Shown here: positions 1-11,689 of the stretch, piece by piece
How positions within the stretch are numbered: position 1 is the first letter of the stretch
How the letters are laid out: every line of letters begins with the position of its first letter
Assembly: GCF_000195855.1 (NCBI RefSeq)
Contig: NC_002677.1
Location: forward strand, 2,640,001 to 2,672,000
Origin: Mycobacterium leprae TN
GTDB taxonomy: Bacteria; Actinomycetota; Actinomycetes; Mycobacteriales; Mycobacteriaceae
Direction of reading: 5' to 3'
Length of the DNA stretch: 32,000 bases
The notes under the pieces: generated by a model
The model's database searches: none
What the model was told of the DNA's origin: nothing
Seen by the model: the letters and a program-made list of their open reading frames with translations, nothing else
Made by a program: the position numbers and the translations under genes

Positions 1-279
1 GTGCCGATCCGCCATGTCGGGACGATGAACTACACGCGGACAGCAAGCTTATATCCAACCCTGTTGCAGCGCAGGGTGTCGGCTTGGCGCAAGAAAGTTG
101 AGCCGAGCATGAATTTCGGTCCATCGACTAACCAAATTCATGTACAGCCAGCAAAATTCTACCAAACGTAAGTGCTGGCAACCGGTACCAAATAATGTTC
201 AGCAACGCCATAGATAAGGCACATATTCCGCATCGTCCGACGCTTCGCAATCCGCCACCCCGCAAGCAGCTGAGGCCAG

Positions 280-1830
280 CAGCGGTCACTAGCCCGACAG
301 TCTGGATGCCAGGCTCTTCCAGATCGCCGGTGTCTGTGTGCTTGCCTCGGTCATGGCGGTGCTGGATGTCACTCCTCAACATCGCGCAACGCGCTTTTAT
401 CGTCCAGTGCGCGTCTAACCAAGCCATCGTCGCGTAGACCATGACCGGCTACACCCTGGCACTGGCAACCGTGATGCCAATCACCGAGTGGGAAGCTAAT
501 CGATTCAGCACCAAACGACTTTTCATGGGTTCACTTGCAGCGTTAAAGCTGCGCTCGCTGCTGTATGAGGTGAAGCCAAAAAATACTCTTTATCATAAGA
601 TTTCGCGCTTATCAGGGTATTGGCGATAGCATGCTGTTGCCGCTGGTACTTATTATGATGAACCGCGAAGCAGGATCAGCGCAGCTGGGCTACTTAATAA
701 CGGTACTGGGCGTACCTATGTTGCTGGGCCCAATCGGTGAGCCGATCCTGGGTGGTTAGTTAATAGACGCCTACGGCTAGAAGTGCATCCTCCTGATCAA
801 CATGCCAGTCGGGCTGTGTGCGTTCGCTCTCGCGACACTAGTGTTCGGAAAAGATTGTCCAGTTCCATCGGAGACACTCGACTGCGTCGGCTTGCTGCTG
901 TCTCCCGACGTGGCGACATTCTTGTACGGGGTGTCGTCCATCCCGGGCCGCGGCACTGTGGCCGATCGCCATTTGCTGATATCGGTGGTCACCGACCTGG
1001 TGCTAATCATCGCTTTCGTCTTGCTCACCTAGTGCCGCGCCAATCACCCACTGATCGACCTGCGATTGTTCAGCAACCAGGTAGTCACCCGAGCCAATGT
1101 CACGATTCTTGTATTCGCTGTAGCATTTTCGACACAGGCCCGCTTCCTCCGCACTACTTCCAGCAAGCACTGCACCAAACGCCGATGGAATCGGGTGTGT
1201 ACATAATTCACCCAGAAATTTGGCGATGCTGACGATGCCATTTTCCGGACACTCAATGGATAAGCGGGTCCGGGCAAGAGCGTGTTGTTGGGCACAGTCT
1301 GATATGTTTTTTTGGACACGTTCGGTGTCGCCAAGCAGGCCGACGACCTCACGACACTGCTGGCCAGGCTGACAATCATGGGCCTGAGTTGTAGGCTGCA
1401 CAATAATACCGCTTGCGGATCGTCTGTGTAAGGCGTTGACCCCGCATCAGCTCGCCCGCGGAATGACGCTGAACAGCGTCAACTAGCAAGTGGGCTGCTC
1501 GATGGGAACCAGGCTCATGTCGGTAATGATGACCAGCAAATTAAATTAAAGCAAAATATCACCGCCGCAAGCAAGCTGCGTTCTCGCAGAATACAATACC
1601 GCCCAAAGCTGGATACCAATTGACCCGTAAGCAATTCCGATCCAAACCCTCACCCCAGACTTCGTTGGCAGTGTGCTGGAAAGTTTTTCCATATTCCTAT
1701 CCCACTGTGTTCGCCCTGGCGGTCGTCTCAGTGGCGACGACCATCATTCCGGCGGTCTTTCTACTGAAGAAGCCACCGGGCTAAACGGTAACGCTTACCG
1801 ATGAATCCAGCTTATCCATAGATAACATCA
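280..1830 (+). pseudogene. emrB: DHA2-type MFS multidrug transporter remnant (EmrB/QacA-like, Rv0783c-like)
   Basis: Colinear fragments in shifting frames: MTGYTLALATVMPITEWEANRFSTKRLFM (441-), GYLITVLGVPMLLGPIGEPILG + stop (~688), INMPVGLCAFALATLVFGKD (~797), ADHPLIDLRLF/ FFDTGPLPPHYFQQALHQTPMESGVY (~1040-1215), TVFALAVVSVATTIIPAVFLLKKPPG (~1707-1782). Many frameshifts and stops. Confidence 0.85.
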
Positions 1831-1839
1831 TCACGATCA

Positions 1840-2345
1840 GCGTGACGACGTCCATCGGATCCACCGACCGCACTTGAATATTGATCGCGTCATTGAGCCA
1901 CAACATCTAAAAACCATGTACCAGTGACCAAGCCGCCAACTTAGCGCAAACCGGATCAGTGTGTGCATTTCGGTCCCGCAACGTCGCTACGCCACGAACC
2001 AATTCGTAGCCGGCAGAGGCGTCGGCGGAGACGAGTTCATCGTTTGAGGAATCCAGCAGAGATTTGATGAACATCACCTGATAGTAGCCGGGGTGTTCGA
2101 GGGCAAACTGCATATAGTCCACGGCAGCGTCGGGGAATTGGGGCTGAGCAGCGATGAGCACCTAGGTGAATAGCTGAAATCCCTGCGTCACGAGTGCGGT
2201 GAAGAGACTTCGGCGATCGGTGAAACGGTACGTGGGCGCAGCATGTGACACGCCCGCATCCCGGCCGCCAATGCACGAAGCGAGACGCGACCGGCACCGC
2301 GCTCAGCCGCCAGGAGGGCGGCTTCAGTCAGTATCACGGTCCCGC
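1840..2345 (-). pseudogene. TetR-family transcriptional regulator remnant
   Basis: Reverse strand encodes TEAALLAAERGAGRVSLRALA (HTH N-terminus, ~2335) and then, in another frame, YMQFALEHPGYYQVMFIKSLLDSSNDELVSADASAGYELVRGVATL...CAKLAAWSLVHG (TetR C-terminal-domain style). Interrupted by frameshifts. Confidence 0.65.
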
Positions 2346-2559
2346 AGATCGCCGTGATGGTAAGGCCGTACGGTCCACGCTACCGGTATAACACGCAAAC
2401 TTGACAGTAGCTACATGACCGCCTACTTAAGCCGTGGAGAAACTAGGCAATGACTATGTTGGCTGGATTGGTGAAGTATTTGTGGTGGCTCCATCTATCA
2501 CCCTACTGGTGGGCAGCGTTGCCACCAGGACCGTCGGCTAGCTAGGCGTGGGCTTTGTC

Positions 2560-2934
2560 AACAACTAGACCGCGGCACTTTCCGTCAGCTTGGCAGCTAT
2601 TTTTTGCTTATCGGGATGACGCACTTCGTGCCACCGATGCGACGCGATCTGATCGCGATCATGCCGCCCAGGTTGTCCATGTTTGATCTGCTGGTCAGCG
2701 TTACCGAAGTGCTCGAACTACTGGGCGCTACGAGCATGTTACTTAAACGCTATTCGCACAGCAGCCGCAGTGTGCTTGCTGGCGTTGATGCTGGCTATGT
2801 TCCCAGTCAACGTTTACGCCGCGCAAATGCCCCATCCGCCTAATTCGATGACGACGCGGCTACCCCTGCGCACCGCCACCGAGGTCATCTACCTCGGTGG
2901 CGGTGCCATACTGATCGACGTCGACAGCAGCTAG
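2560..2934 (+). pseudogene. DoxX-like membrane protein remnant
   Basis: GMTHFVPPMRRDLIAIMPPRLSMFDLLVSVTEVLELLGA (frame of ORF 2604-2843) continues as [43 protein letters not shown] in the frame of ORF 2683-2934, so one frameshift separates two halves of one gene. Confidence 0.65.
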
Positions 2935-5034
2935 CAGCCAAGCATATTGGAACGCGGTTTCCTGCCAAGCCTTGTAGCGTCCGCTTATGCCAGCATGGCC
3001 CGCGGCCATCTGGGTTTTCAACAACACTGGATTCCCGTCACTCTTTGTGTGCCGCAGTGCTGCAATCCACTTCGCCGGCTCTACATAGTGGACCCTGGTA
3101 TCGTGCAGTGATGTCATAGCCAAGATGGCAGGATATTGTTTGGCTTCGACGTTCTCATAGGGAGAATAAGACTTAATATATGAGTAAAAATCACTGTCAA
3201 TCAACGGATTTCCCCATTCATCCCACTCCGTTACGGTCAGAGGTAACGAGGGATCCAGCATAGTGGTCAGCGGATCAACAAACGGCACCTGAGCGAGGAT
3301 TCCGGTGAAGAGATCCGGTGCTATGTTAGCTACCACTCCCATCAACAGGCCTCCCGCGCTACCGCCCAATGCTACTAATTCTTGTGATCGTGTCTGCCCT
3401 GAATCCACCAAATGCTTTGCCACCGAAATGAAGTCAGTAAACGTGTTCTTCTTCTCCAAGAGCTTGCCATGCTCGTACCACAGCCGTCCCATTTCACCAC
3501 CGCCCCGAACGTGAGCAATGACAAACATCATTCCCCGGTCCAGCAGCGACAGCCGCGGTATGGAAAAACTCGGATCCACACAAATCTCGTATGCACCATA
3601 GCCGTAAAGCACTGCCGGAGCAGGAAATCGGATAGCGGCGCGATGAACGATCGACACTGGGATCCAGGTGCCGTCATCCGCCTGCGCCCATTCACGCCGT
3701 TCAACATAGTCCTCATGCTTGTAGCCGCCGAGAACGGGCTGCTCGCGTAGCAACGTCCGCTCACCGGTAGCCAAATCCACGTCATAGACACGGACCGGGG
3801 TGACAAACGATCCTGCCCGGATCCGCAGTTTGGGCGAAACCCAGTTCGAATTGGCTTCCAGGCTGACCCACATCAGTTCAGACTCGAACGAGATCTCTTC
3901 CGGCTCTCCGTAGCTCCCGTCGGGGTCGATAGGCCACAACTGAACCCGGGGCAACGCCTCACGTCGATAGCTGACCACCAGATAGCCAGCGAAGGCATCA
4001 GCACTGTCCAGTCGAACGTCGTCGCGATGTGGAATCAGGGTGCGCTGCTGTTCTGGATTGCTAACCGGTGACTCCACCAGTGTGAAGTTCACCGCACCGT
4101 CATTGTGTAAAATCAAGAACCGGTCTTGTCCCCCGACTAGGCCGCTGGGGGCATGTTCTACCGAGTACTCGATGCCGTCACGCCGTGGTAACACGACGGT
4201 GAACTGCGCATCCGGGTTAGTCGAGTCCGCGTAGCGCCACTCGGAGGTGATGGCCGACCCGGCGGCTATAAATATGTAAGCTTCACTTCGGCTAAGGCCG
4301 ACCGCGAGCCAGAACCGTTCATCAGCTTCATGATAAACTTGCTCCGACGGCTGACCGGAGCCGAGCCGACACCGCCACACTGTATCCGGACGCCGGGACT
4401 CATCCAAAGTCAGATAGTACACGGTGCGGTTGTCAGCAGCCCAGGTCGCTCCGGCGCCGATACCCACAATCTCGTCAGGGTATCGTTCTCCGGTACGTAA
4501 GTCCTTGAACCGCAGCGTATACCGCTCGTCACCGACGAAGTCCACAGAATAAGCTAGCAGATTGGAATCCAAACTGACCATGAAGGTACCCAGTGCAAAA
4601 AAGGCATGGCCCTCCGCCTCAGCATTCGAATCGAGCAAAACCTGCTCACCGGATATTTCAGTGTTCTCGTATAGGGCCGGCGGAGTCCAGTCATCGGGAC
4701 TTGCTACCGGACAACGACACTGGACGCGATATTGCTTACCCTCGAAGGTGCGGGAATAGTACCACCAGTTGGCTTGGCGAGTCGGCACCGACAGGTCGTT
4801 TTCCTTAGTACGCGCCTTGATCTCATTGAAAATCTTCTGCTGCAACGGCTCAAGGTGGGCAGTCATCTGGTTGACGTAATCGTTTTCAGCATCGAGATAA
4901 GCAACAACTTCGGGATTGTTATTGTCGCGCAACCATTCATACGGATCAAAAAAGACGTCTCCGTGGCGCTCCCTGCGAGTCTCCACGCGCTTGGCGATGG
5001 GCGGTACGGGTGTACCCCTGGATGTCTTTGTCAT
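2860..5034 (-). CDS. ptrB: Oligopeptidase B (protease II, prolyl oligopeptidase family S9A)
   Basis: Uninterrupted ORF (730 aa from the 5052 start, 724 aa from the 5034 start) with N-terminal [18 protein letters not shown], catalytic-serine motif GGSAGG, and C-terminal catalytic-His context [13 protein letters not shown]. The start at 5034 overlaps the purC stop as ATGA. Confidence 0.95.
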
Positions 5035-5924
5035 GCTCCTGGACCGATCCAATCGTCGAAGCTCATACCGGAAATCCGTTCATAAACTTCGACATAGCAT
5101 AGACGGGTGGCCTCGATAATGTCATCCGGTAGCGACGGCGGGGACAATGCTCCAGCGCGGACCCAACCCGACTCAGGACTGACAAGCCAGTTACGGACGA
5201 ACTGCTTGTCGAAGCTTCTCTGAACCACACCGACCCGGTAGTCGTCGACTGACCAGTACCGCGAGGAGTCCGGTGTGAAAATCTCATCGGCCAGAAGCAG
5301 GTTGCCGTCGCGGTCGATACCAAATTCAAACTTAGTGTCAGCTATGATTATTCCGGTCTTCAGTGCGTGATCAGCTGCCTGAAGGTAAATCTGCAAAGTC
5401 CGGTCGCGTAGCTGGTTGGCACGCACCACACCCACCATCTCAATCATCCTGGAAAACGAAATGTTCTCATCATGTTCTCCTAGAACAGCTTTCATAGCCG
5501 GGGTGAAAAGCGGAGCGGCGAACCTGCTGGCTTCGACCAGGCCTGGCGGCAACGGGATGCCGCAAACCTTCCCGGTCGCCTGATAATCCAATAGTCCCGA
5601 ACCGGTCAGGTAACCGCGAGCTACACACTCCATCGGCAGCATGTCCAGCTGCCGAACCACCAGCGCGCGGCCAAGCACCTCCTCGGGAATGCGCGGGTCG
5701 TCGGGCGGCCCGGCCAGGTGGTTGGGAGCGTCTACGAAGCTAAAGAAAAACACACTCATCGCGGTCAGGATCCGGCCTTTGTCCGGAATCGTGCTGTCCA
5801 GAACGTAGTCGAACGCCGATATCCGATCCGACGCAACCATTAAGAGGTGCTCGTCGTCGATGCGGTATATCTCGCGGACCTTGCCGCTGGCCAAATGCCG
5901 GTAGTCGAACAATGCGGGACGCAT
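5031..5924 (-). CDS. purC: Phosphoribosylaminoimidazole-succinocarboxamide synthase (SAICAR synthetase)
   Basis: ORF 5031-5951. The likely start [39 protein letters not shown] at 5924 gives 297 aa. Highly characteristic PurC motifs. Confidence 0.97.
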
Positions 5925-5989
5925 AAGGCTTAGCCTATCCGGAACCCCCAAACGCGCTTTCAGACTGGCTCTGTGTTGGGATCAGAACT

Positions 5990-6610
5990 ATGAACTCACG
6001 GTTTTTACCCTACGCTACTAGCCCCGGCCGGCTTACGATCCAGCTGCTCAGCGACATCGCCGTCGTCATGTGGACAACGTTCTGGGTACTAGTCGGTATA
6101 GCCGTATACAATACCATCTCGACAATCGCCGACACCGGCGCGCAAGTCGAGAGCGGCGCACACGGGATCGCCGACAACCTGGCGTCAGCAAGCCATGGCA
6201 TGCAACTCATCCCGGTGTTGGGCAATGCGGTGAGCAAGCCCTTGACGTTGACCAGCGCGGCAGCGCTCGACATCGCAGACGCCGGACATAGCCTAAACAC
6301 CACAGCGAGCTGGTTAGCGGTGTTACTCGCGCTAGCAGTCATCGCGTTGCCGATCTTGGTAGCGGTGGTGCCGTGGCTGGTCCTGCGGTTCTGGTTTTTC
6401 CGGCACAAATGGACGGTGACCACCCTGGCCGCGACCCCGGCCGGCAAACAACTCCTGGCGCTGCGCGCATTGACTCTCCGGTCGCCGAGCAAGCTAGCCG
6501 CCGTGAGCGCAGATCCGGTCGGCGGGTGGCGCCGTGAGGACCCCGGCACCATCCGCGGTCTTGCCGCACTCGAACTGCAATCGTCCGGGATCACGCTTCG
6601 TGTGCATTAA
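5990..6610 (+). CDS. Conserved mycobacterial transmembrane protein (Rv0779c-like, 206 aa)
   Basis: Intact 206-aa ORF with two hydrophobic helices (IAVVMWTTFWVLVGIAVYN; WLAVLLALAVIALPILVAVVPWLVLRFWFF). Located between purC and the cyp126 remnant, as Rv0779c is. Confidence 0.85.
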   Translation: MNSRFLPYATSPGRLTIQLLSDIAVVMWTTFWVLVGIAVYNTISTIADTGAQVESGAHGIADNLASASHGMQLIPVLGNAVSKPLTLTSAAALDIADAGHSLNTTASWLAVLLALAVIALPILVAVVPWLVLRFWFFRHKWTVTTLAATPAGKQLLALRALTLRSPSKLAAVSADPVGGWRREDPGTIRGLAALELQSSGITLRVH

Positions 6611-6614
6611 CCTA

Positions 6615-7500
6615 AGCGTGACATCACGTGTAGCGGTGCGCCGCTTGGATGGCGACGGCTACGTCCACCACACTATCTACTCAATCGCCGCTGACAACAT
6701 GACGAGCTTCTTACGCAACGTACAATTGCCTGGAATGACCAGCCAGGACCAGCAGCCCGCCCACAACCGCATTGCACGTTGTTTCCGCACCGACGCTAAA
6801 CAGCAGACTAAAGAATACAAGTGCAACTCGAGACCCGACAGGGCCGACACAACTGGATCGTACATCTTCTCGTTCACGACTACCGATCAACATATCGTCA
6901 GTCAGCTCGGTACGCTTCGACTCGACGCGATCAACTAGTGACCGTAGATATACATTCGGTGAACCGGCCTCCACACCACTTGCCGAAACGAACATCTGCG
7001 ACAGAGATGCATTGCACGATCTGTCGCAATCGAACTGGAGCTCGATCGCCTAGAATAACCAAGGTCGTTCGGAATCCGGCATTCCCAGCAGAATGCAGAC
7101 CACCTGCATTGACAGTTCGGTGAAAATGTCAACCAGAAGTCGAACGGTTCACCGGACACCGCCACGTCCAGTAGCCGGCGCGTATGGGCCCGCAAATCGT
7201 CCTCAACGCGACGGATCAACTGCGGTGTCAGTCCGTAAGCTCACGAGTCTCTGAATTTGCTAATGCCGCTTTGCGAATGCCGCAGGTCGTCCATCACGTT
7301 GAGTACCTAGCCCGCGACCACCAATTCCTGTAACAGCACCACAAACGTTTCCGCCTACACAACGACGGACCAGAAGCTTTCCGCGTCGGGAGTGTTGTCA
7401 GTCGGCTCATGCCAGTAAACTGACGCTTCCCGCCAACGGATAGCAAACAACTCATGCGAGAAGCCGCTAGCAAAGTTATCCAGTATAGGTCAAGTCGATC
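6615..7500 (-). pseudogene. cyp126: Cytochrome P450 remnant (CYP126-like)
   Basis: Reverse-strand fragments in different frames: [39 protein letters not shown]..., I-helix SLLFSVGAETTCNAVVGGLLVLA, and AAIE*IVWWT*PSPSKRRTATRDV. Stops and frameshifts present, heme-binding C-terminus missing. Lies between purB and the Rv0779c homologue. Confidence 0.85.
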
Positions 7501-7522
7501 TCCGAAAGCGCGCCAACCAGCG

Positions 7523-8941
7523 TCACAGGATAGCACCCGGCGTGTACTTGGCTGCTTCCGGGTAGCGGCCCACTAGCTTGTCGACCATCGCGACAACCTC
7601 GTCTACCTGGTCTGCCGCGGCGCCGGTGAACGCCTTCTTGTCGGCCAGCGCGGCGTCTAGCGCCGCTCGGTCCAGCGGCAACCGCCCATCGGCAGCCAAC
7701 CGGTCCAGCAGGTCAGGCTCGGCACCGCACTCCCGCATGGCCAGCGCCGTCGCCACCGCGTGTTCGCGAATCACGTGGTGAGCGGCCTCGCGACCCATAC
7801 CAGCACGCACAGCCGCAATCAGCACCTTGGTGGTGGCCAGGAATGGCAAATAGCGGTCCAGCTCGCGGCGGATCACTGCCGGGTAAGCACCAAACTCGTC
7901 GAGCACCGTCAAAAACGTCTCGATCTGGCCGTCGATGGCAAAGAAGCTGTCTGGCAAAGCAACTCGACGTACTACTGAGCAGAAAACGTCGCCCTCGTTC
8001 CACTGCGCGCCAGCTAGTTCGGCTGCCATTGCGGCGTAACCGCGCAACACCACCTGCAGACCGTTGACCCGTTCACAGCTGCGGCTGTTCATCTTGTGTG
8101 GCATCGCTGACGAGCCAACCTGCCCCGGTGCAAAGCCTTCGGTAACGAGCTCGTGACCTGCCATCAACCGTATGGTGTGCGCTAACGAGGAAGAGCCGGC
8201 ACCGAGCTGCACCAACGCTGAAATCACATCGTGGTCTAGTGAACGCGGATATACCTGCCCGACACTGGCTAAAACCTTTGTGAATCCTAGGAATTCAGCT
8301 ATTCTTTGCTCAAGTTCTGCTAGCGCCGCAGCGTCACCGCCAAGCAGGTCGAGCATGTCCTGCCCGGTACCCATCGGGCCCTTGATACCGCGCAGTGGGT
8401 AGCGGTCGATCAACTCGCGCAGCCTAGTCAACGCTATCAGTGTTTCCTGCGTCGCGGACGCGAAGCGTTTGCCCAATGTCGTGGCCTGCGCGGCAACGTT
8501 ATGGCTGCGTCCGGCCATCACCAGGTCGCGATAGGACACCGCGCATTCGGCCAGCCGTGCTACTACGGCCACACCATGGCAGAAAACCAATTCCAACGAC
8601 CGCCGGATCTGCAGTTGCTCCACGTTCTCGGTCAAGTCGCGGCTGGTCATCCCCTTATGTACCTGCTCATGGCCGGCCAGCGCGTTGAATTCCTCGATGC
8701 GCGCCTTGACGTCGTGACGCAACACACGTTCGCGGGCGGCGATCGAAGCCAAATCGACCTCGCCAAGCACCCGCTCGTAGTCGGCGATCGCTTTAACAGG
8801 CATCGGAACACTCAGTTCCGCCTGTGCTCGTAGCACGGCCAGCCACAACTGCCGCTCCGCGATAACCCTGGCTTCCGGAGACCATATCGCGACCAATTCA
8901 GCGCTGGCGTATCGGGCGGCTAGAACATTCGGAATGCTCAC
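7523..8941 (-). CDS. purB: Adenylosuccinate lyase
   Basis: ORF 7523-9106. The likely GTG start at 8941 gives VSIPNVLAARYASAELVAIWSPE... (472 aa). Fumarase/ASL signature GSSAMPHKMNSR present. Confidence 0.96.
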   Translation of the reverse strand: MSIPNVLAARYASAELVAIWSPEARVIAERQLWLAVLRAQAELSVPMPVKAIADYERVLGEVDLASIAARERVLRHDVKARIEEFNALAGHEQVHKGMTSRDLTENVEQLQIRRSLELVFCHGVAVVARLAECAVSYRDLVMAGRSHNVAAQATTLGKRFASATQETLIALTRLRELIDRYPLRGIKGPMGTGQDMLDLLGGDAAALAELEQRIAEFLGFTKVLASVGQVYPRSLDHDVISALVQLGAGSSSLAHTIRLMAGHELVTEGFAPGQVGSSAMPHKMNSRSCERVNGLQVVLRGYAAMAAELAGAQWNEGDVFCSVVRRVALPDSFFAIDGQIETFLTVLDEFGAYPAVIRRELDRYLPFLATTKVLIAAVRAGMGREAAHHVIREHAVATALAMRECGAEPDLLDRLAADGRLPLDRAALDAALADKKAFTGAAADQVDEVVAMVDKLVGRYPEAAKYTPGAIL

Positions 8942-9049
8942 AGAAGCACAGCTTACGGTCGGGTTCGCACTGCAAAACGGGAACATCCATGCAAGCTCGT
9001 CCGATACTCTAATAGACCGATGTATTTTGCGGGTGTGAACCTCACCTGA

Positions 9050-9720
9050 GAGGAGCGCAACCCAACCGGTATCGCGGTACTCGATCACGACAGCTGTTTG
9101 GTGCATGTAGGCACAGTCCGCGACAACGTCGAGATGCTAGCCGCTTTGCGGCCTTACGTGACCGGCTATTACCTGGTCGCCTTCGACTCGCCATTGATGG
9201 TGACCAACCGCACCGGCCAACGACCAACCGAGACCGCTCTCAACCGTGACTTCCGCCGGTTCGACCCCTGCGCGCACCCTGCCAACACCGGCAAACCCGA
9301 ATTCGCCGACATCCAACGCGGAGCGCGGTTGGCACAAGCACTTGGACCTTGACATAGCTCCCTGGTCATCTGCAGCGCTATCGCAGTCTAGCCTCATCCG
9401 GGGAATCACGGCATTGATCCGGTTGCCGCGCACATTTAAGCACAAGGACCAACCCGGCCACAGCCATGACCAGCTCAAGTCGGGGCTGTTGTTGTTGATG
9501 GACAGCGTCGATGATCTTGGCCACGCGGTAGTGCCGTTGCACATTGCCGGTCATCGGTCCAGTTACGATGCATGAGCCGAGCTGCGCCAGCAGATGGTCG
9601 AGAGCGCAGCGCAAGAGCGAGCTGCGCAACGGAGGATACGGCCGACTCTGTTGTTTGCGCTCACGTGACGCTGTACGCTCAGCATTGACTGCCCGCCGTG
9701 ACGATTTAAGGAGACTTAGC
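9050..9720 (+). pseudogene. DUF429-family conserved protein remnant (Rv0776c-like)
   Basis: RNPTGIAVLDHDSCLVHVGTVRDNVEMLAALRPYVTG..LVAFDSPLMVTNRTGQRPTETALNRDFRRFDPCAHPANTGKPEFADIQRGARLAQALG, then frame-shifted LIRLPRTFKHKDQPGHSHDQLKSGLLLLMDSVDDLGHAVVPLHIAG. Disrupted reading frame. Confidence 0.7.
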
Positions 9721-9755
9721 CACCAAACTACATCGTGACATCTTCACTGCCCGCG

Positions 9756-9794
9756 GATTTACTCCGGTCGCCCAATCCCGTTAGGGAGTAAATC
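9756..9794. repeat. 10-bp perfect inverted repeat (GATTTACTCC ... GGAGTAAATC) with 19-nt loop
   Basis: Arms 9756-9765 and 9785-9794 are exact reverse complements, just downstream of the DUF429 remnant. Confidence 0.6.
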
Positions 9795-9799
9795 TTCCG

Positions 9800-10550
9800 G
9801 TAGATCTCGCAGATCCACCCAGATTTCTGCATGTTTCGCAATTGTTTTCGATGCCGCGACGAAAATCGGGCAATAAATGCCCACAGTCTAAATACAATTC
9901 AGTATACCTGCCGGATCAGATGTTCACGGGTCGCTGGCAGACGGGTGCGAGCACGTCGATAAAGTAGATAATGATACCCAGCGCAGCAGCACACGGATCC
10001 CGTCCTTCCACCAGCACCAAGACCACAACACCAGCGCACGCAGCAGATCAGCATGCACACCAGCTCGACTATGCACGGAATGAACCGATCGTTACGATGG
10101 CCTCAACCACAGCTTCGACGCGCTGCCACAGGTTGCGACGCAAAGTCCAACGCAACGTGCCTAAACGTTCACTAGCAAAATAGCACTCAATATCGCGGGA
10201 TCAATTGCTCGGCAAGTCCTGAACCCGACACATCCCCCAACAAGTCAAAATATACTTCCAACGGTGGTCTCGGACCCCGACACAGCCACGACAAGACACT
10301 GGCCTGGGCCCGCAGCTGGTCGATATCGAGTCATCTCGATATATTCCAACCGCTCACGCAATCAAATCGTCGGGAAACCAAAAACAGTTTCAGTCTTAGA
10401 CGCCAACGACAGCCCGGACCGCCACACGGCCGCCCGATGTCACACTGCTTCGAATTCGAACCCACCCTCGCCGAGCAGCTCGACGGCGGAGCTAACAAGC
10501 ACACACCGTCGCCGTTCTCCTGTTCTTTTATGAGTTCCTGATACCGTCAT
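9800..10550 (-). pseudogene. TetR-family regulator remnant (Rv0775-like)
   Basis: Reverse strand: ERRRCVLVSSAVELLGEGGFEFEAV*HRAAVWRSGSSLASKTETVF, a typical TetR helix-turn-helix start with an internal stop; the rest is decayed. Confidence 0.6.
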
Positions 10551-10611
10551 GACCACCCCCTGGTGCCAGTCAGCACCATACTGCATTGCCATTTCGACCA
10601 AAAAGCCATAA

Positions 10612-11530
10612 CATGAAGATGGCCCGCATGCCAAATTTAATCCGTAGCGCTGTACTCGGTCTGGGTGCCAACGTGGCCGTTGGCGCGATCGGCTTATACT
10701 GGCTTGACGTATTGTCCCCGCCCTAACCATCAGAAGCAATACCGATACCGACGGCGGGCAGCTAGGTTTAACTGGTGTCAACTGAACCAACTCAGACAGC
10801 GCCCGCCATGGCTACCAGCTCATTCGCGTCAGCGGGCACATGGCAGGCTAACGACCGACTGGGCGATCGCCCGCACGCCGGGCCAAACCACAGCATTGCT
10901 ACCGATGATCGCGCTGCACGGCTTAGGCGGCAACGCATCCAATGTGATGGCCGGCGGCGTAAAGCAAGGCCTGGCGCAAACCGTCAACGCGGGGTTACCA
11001 CCTTTGGTGGTAGCCTCCATCGACGGAAACTGCATCTACTGACACAAAAAGCTTCCGGCGAGAACTGGCCGAACTAGAGTGCTAAACGAACTCATCCCAC
11101 TGCGGGCAACGCGGCATCTCAACACCTCACGGGTGGCGTTCTTGAGCTAGTCAACAGCGGCTAAGGGGCACTGCTGCTCAGTGGCTGGTTAGACACCCGC
11201 ACGTACCGCAGCGATGGGCGGTAGGCCCGGCATTGTGACTTGTCCCTCAGAACAGCAGCACCCGGAGCATTCGACGTTCCCGATGACTGGTCGGCAAACT
11301 CAGTGTTCAGACTGCCCGCGCTGACGTCCATCCCGATCCGAGTTGATTGCGACGATAGAAGATAGCGATCAGTTCTACCAGGCAACCAAATAGTTCATAG
11401 CTCAATTGCCGCACCCGCCTACCGAAGGTTTCTCTCCTGGCGGGCACAACGGGGGGCTGCTAGAGCTCACAGCTGCCGGCCGAACCGACCTGGACGGCAC
11501 CGCTGCCGATTGCCTAAGGCGCTATCACAA
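10612..11530 (+). pseudogene. Exported alpha/beta-hydrolase esterase remnant (Rv0774c-like)
   Basis: Signal-like start MKMARMPNLIRSAVLGLGANVAVGAIGLYWLD (10614), then LPMIALHGLGGNASNVMAGGVKQGLAQTVNAGLPPLVVASIDGNCIY*HKK, ELIPLRATRHLNTSRVAFL, and NSVFRLPALTSIPIRVDCDD in shifting frames. Confidence 0.7.
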
Positions 11531-11689
11531 TTAGCACTTCAGCACCGTGTAGAATGTAGGTGTGCCATTCGAGAATTTGATAGCGCATGCGATATCAAAT
11601 TCCCGGACGGACGATGCCTCTCTTGCATAATCGCCGACGTTTGGGCTCCGGGGCAGAGCGCGCGACAATCTGACGGTGAAGCGCTCCCT

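Noticed and set aside
3305-4808. Several + strand ORFs across ptrB
   Set aside because: All antisense to the intact oligopeptidase B; no independent support.
8440-8833. + strand ORFs within purB
   Set aside because: Antisense shadows of the clearly identified purB.
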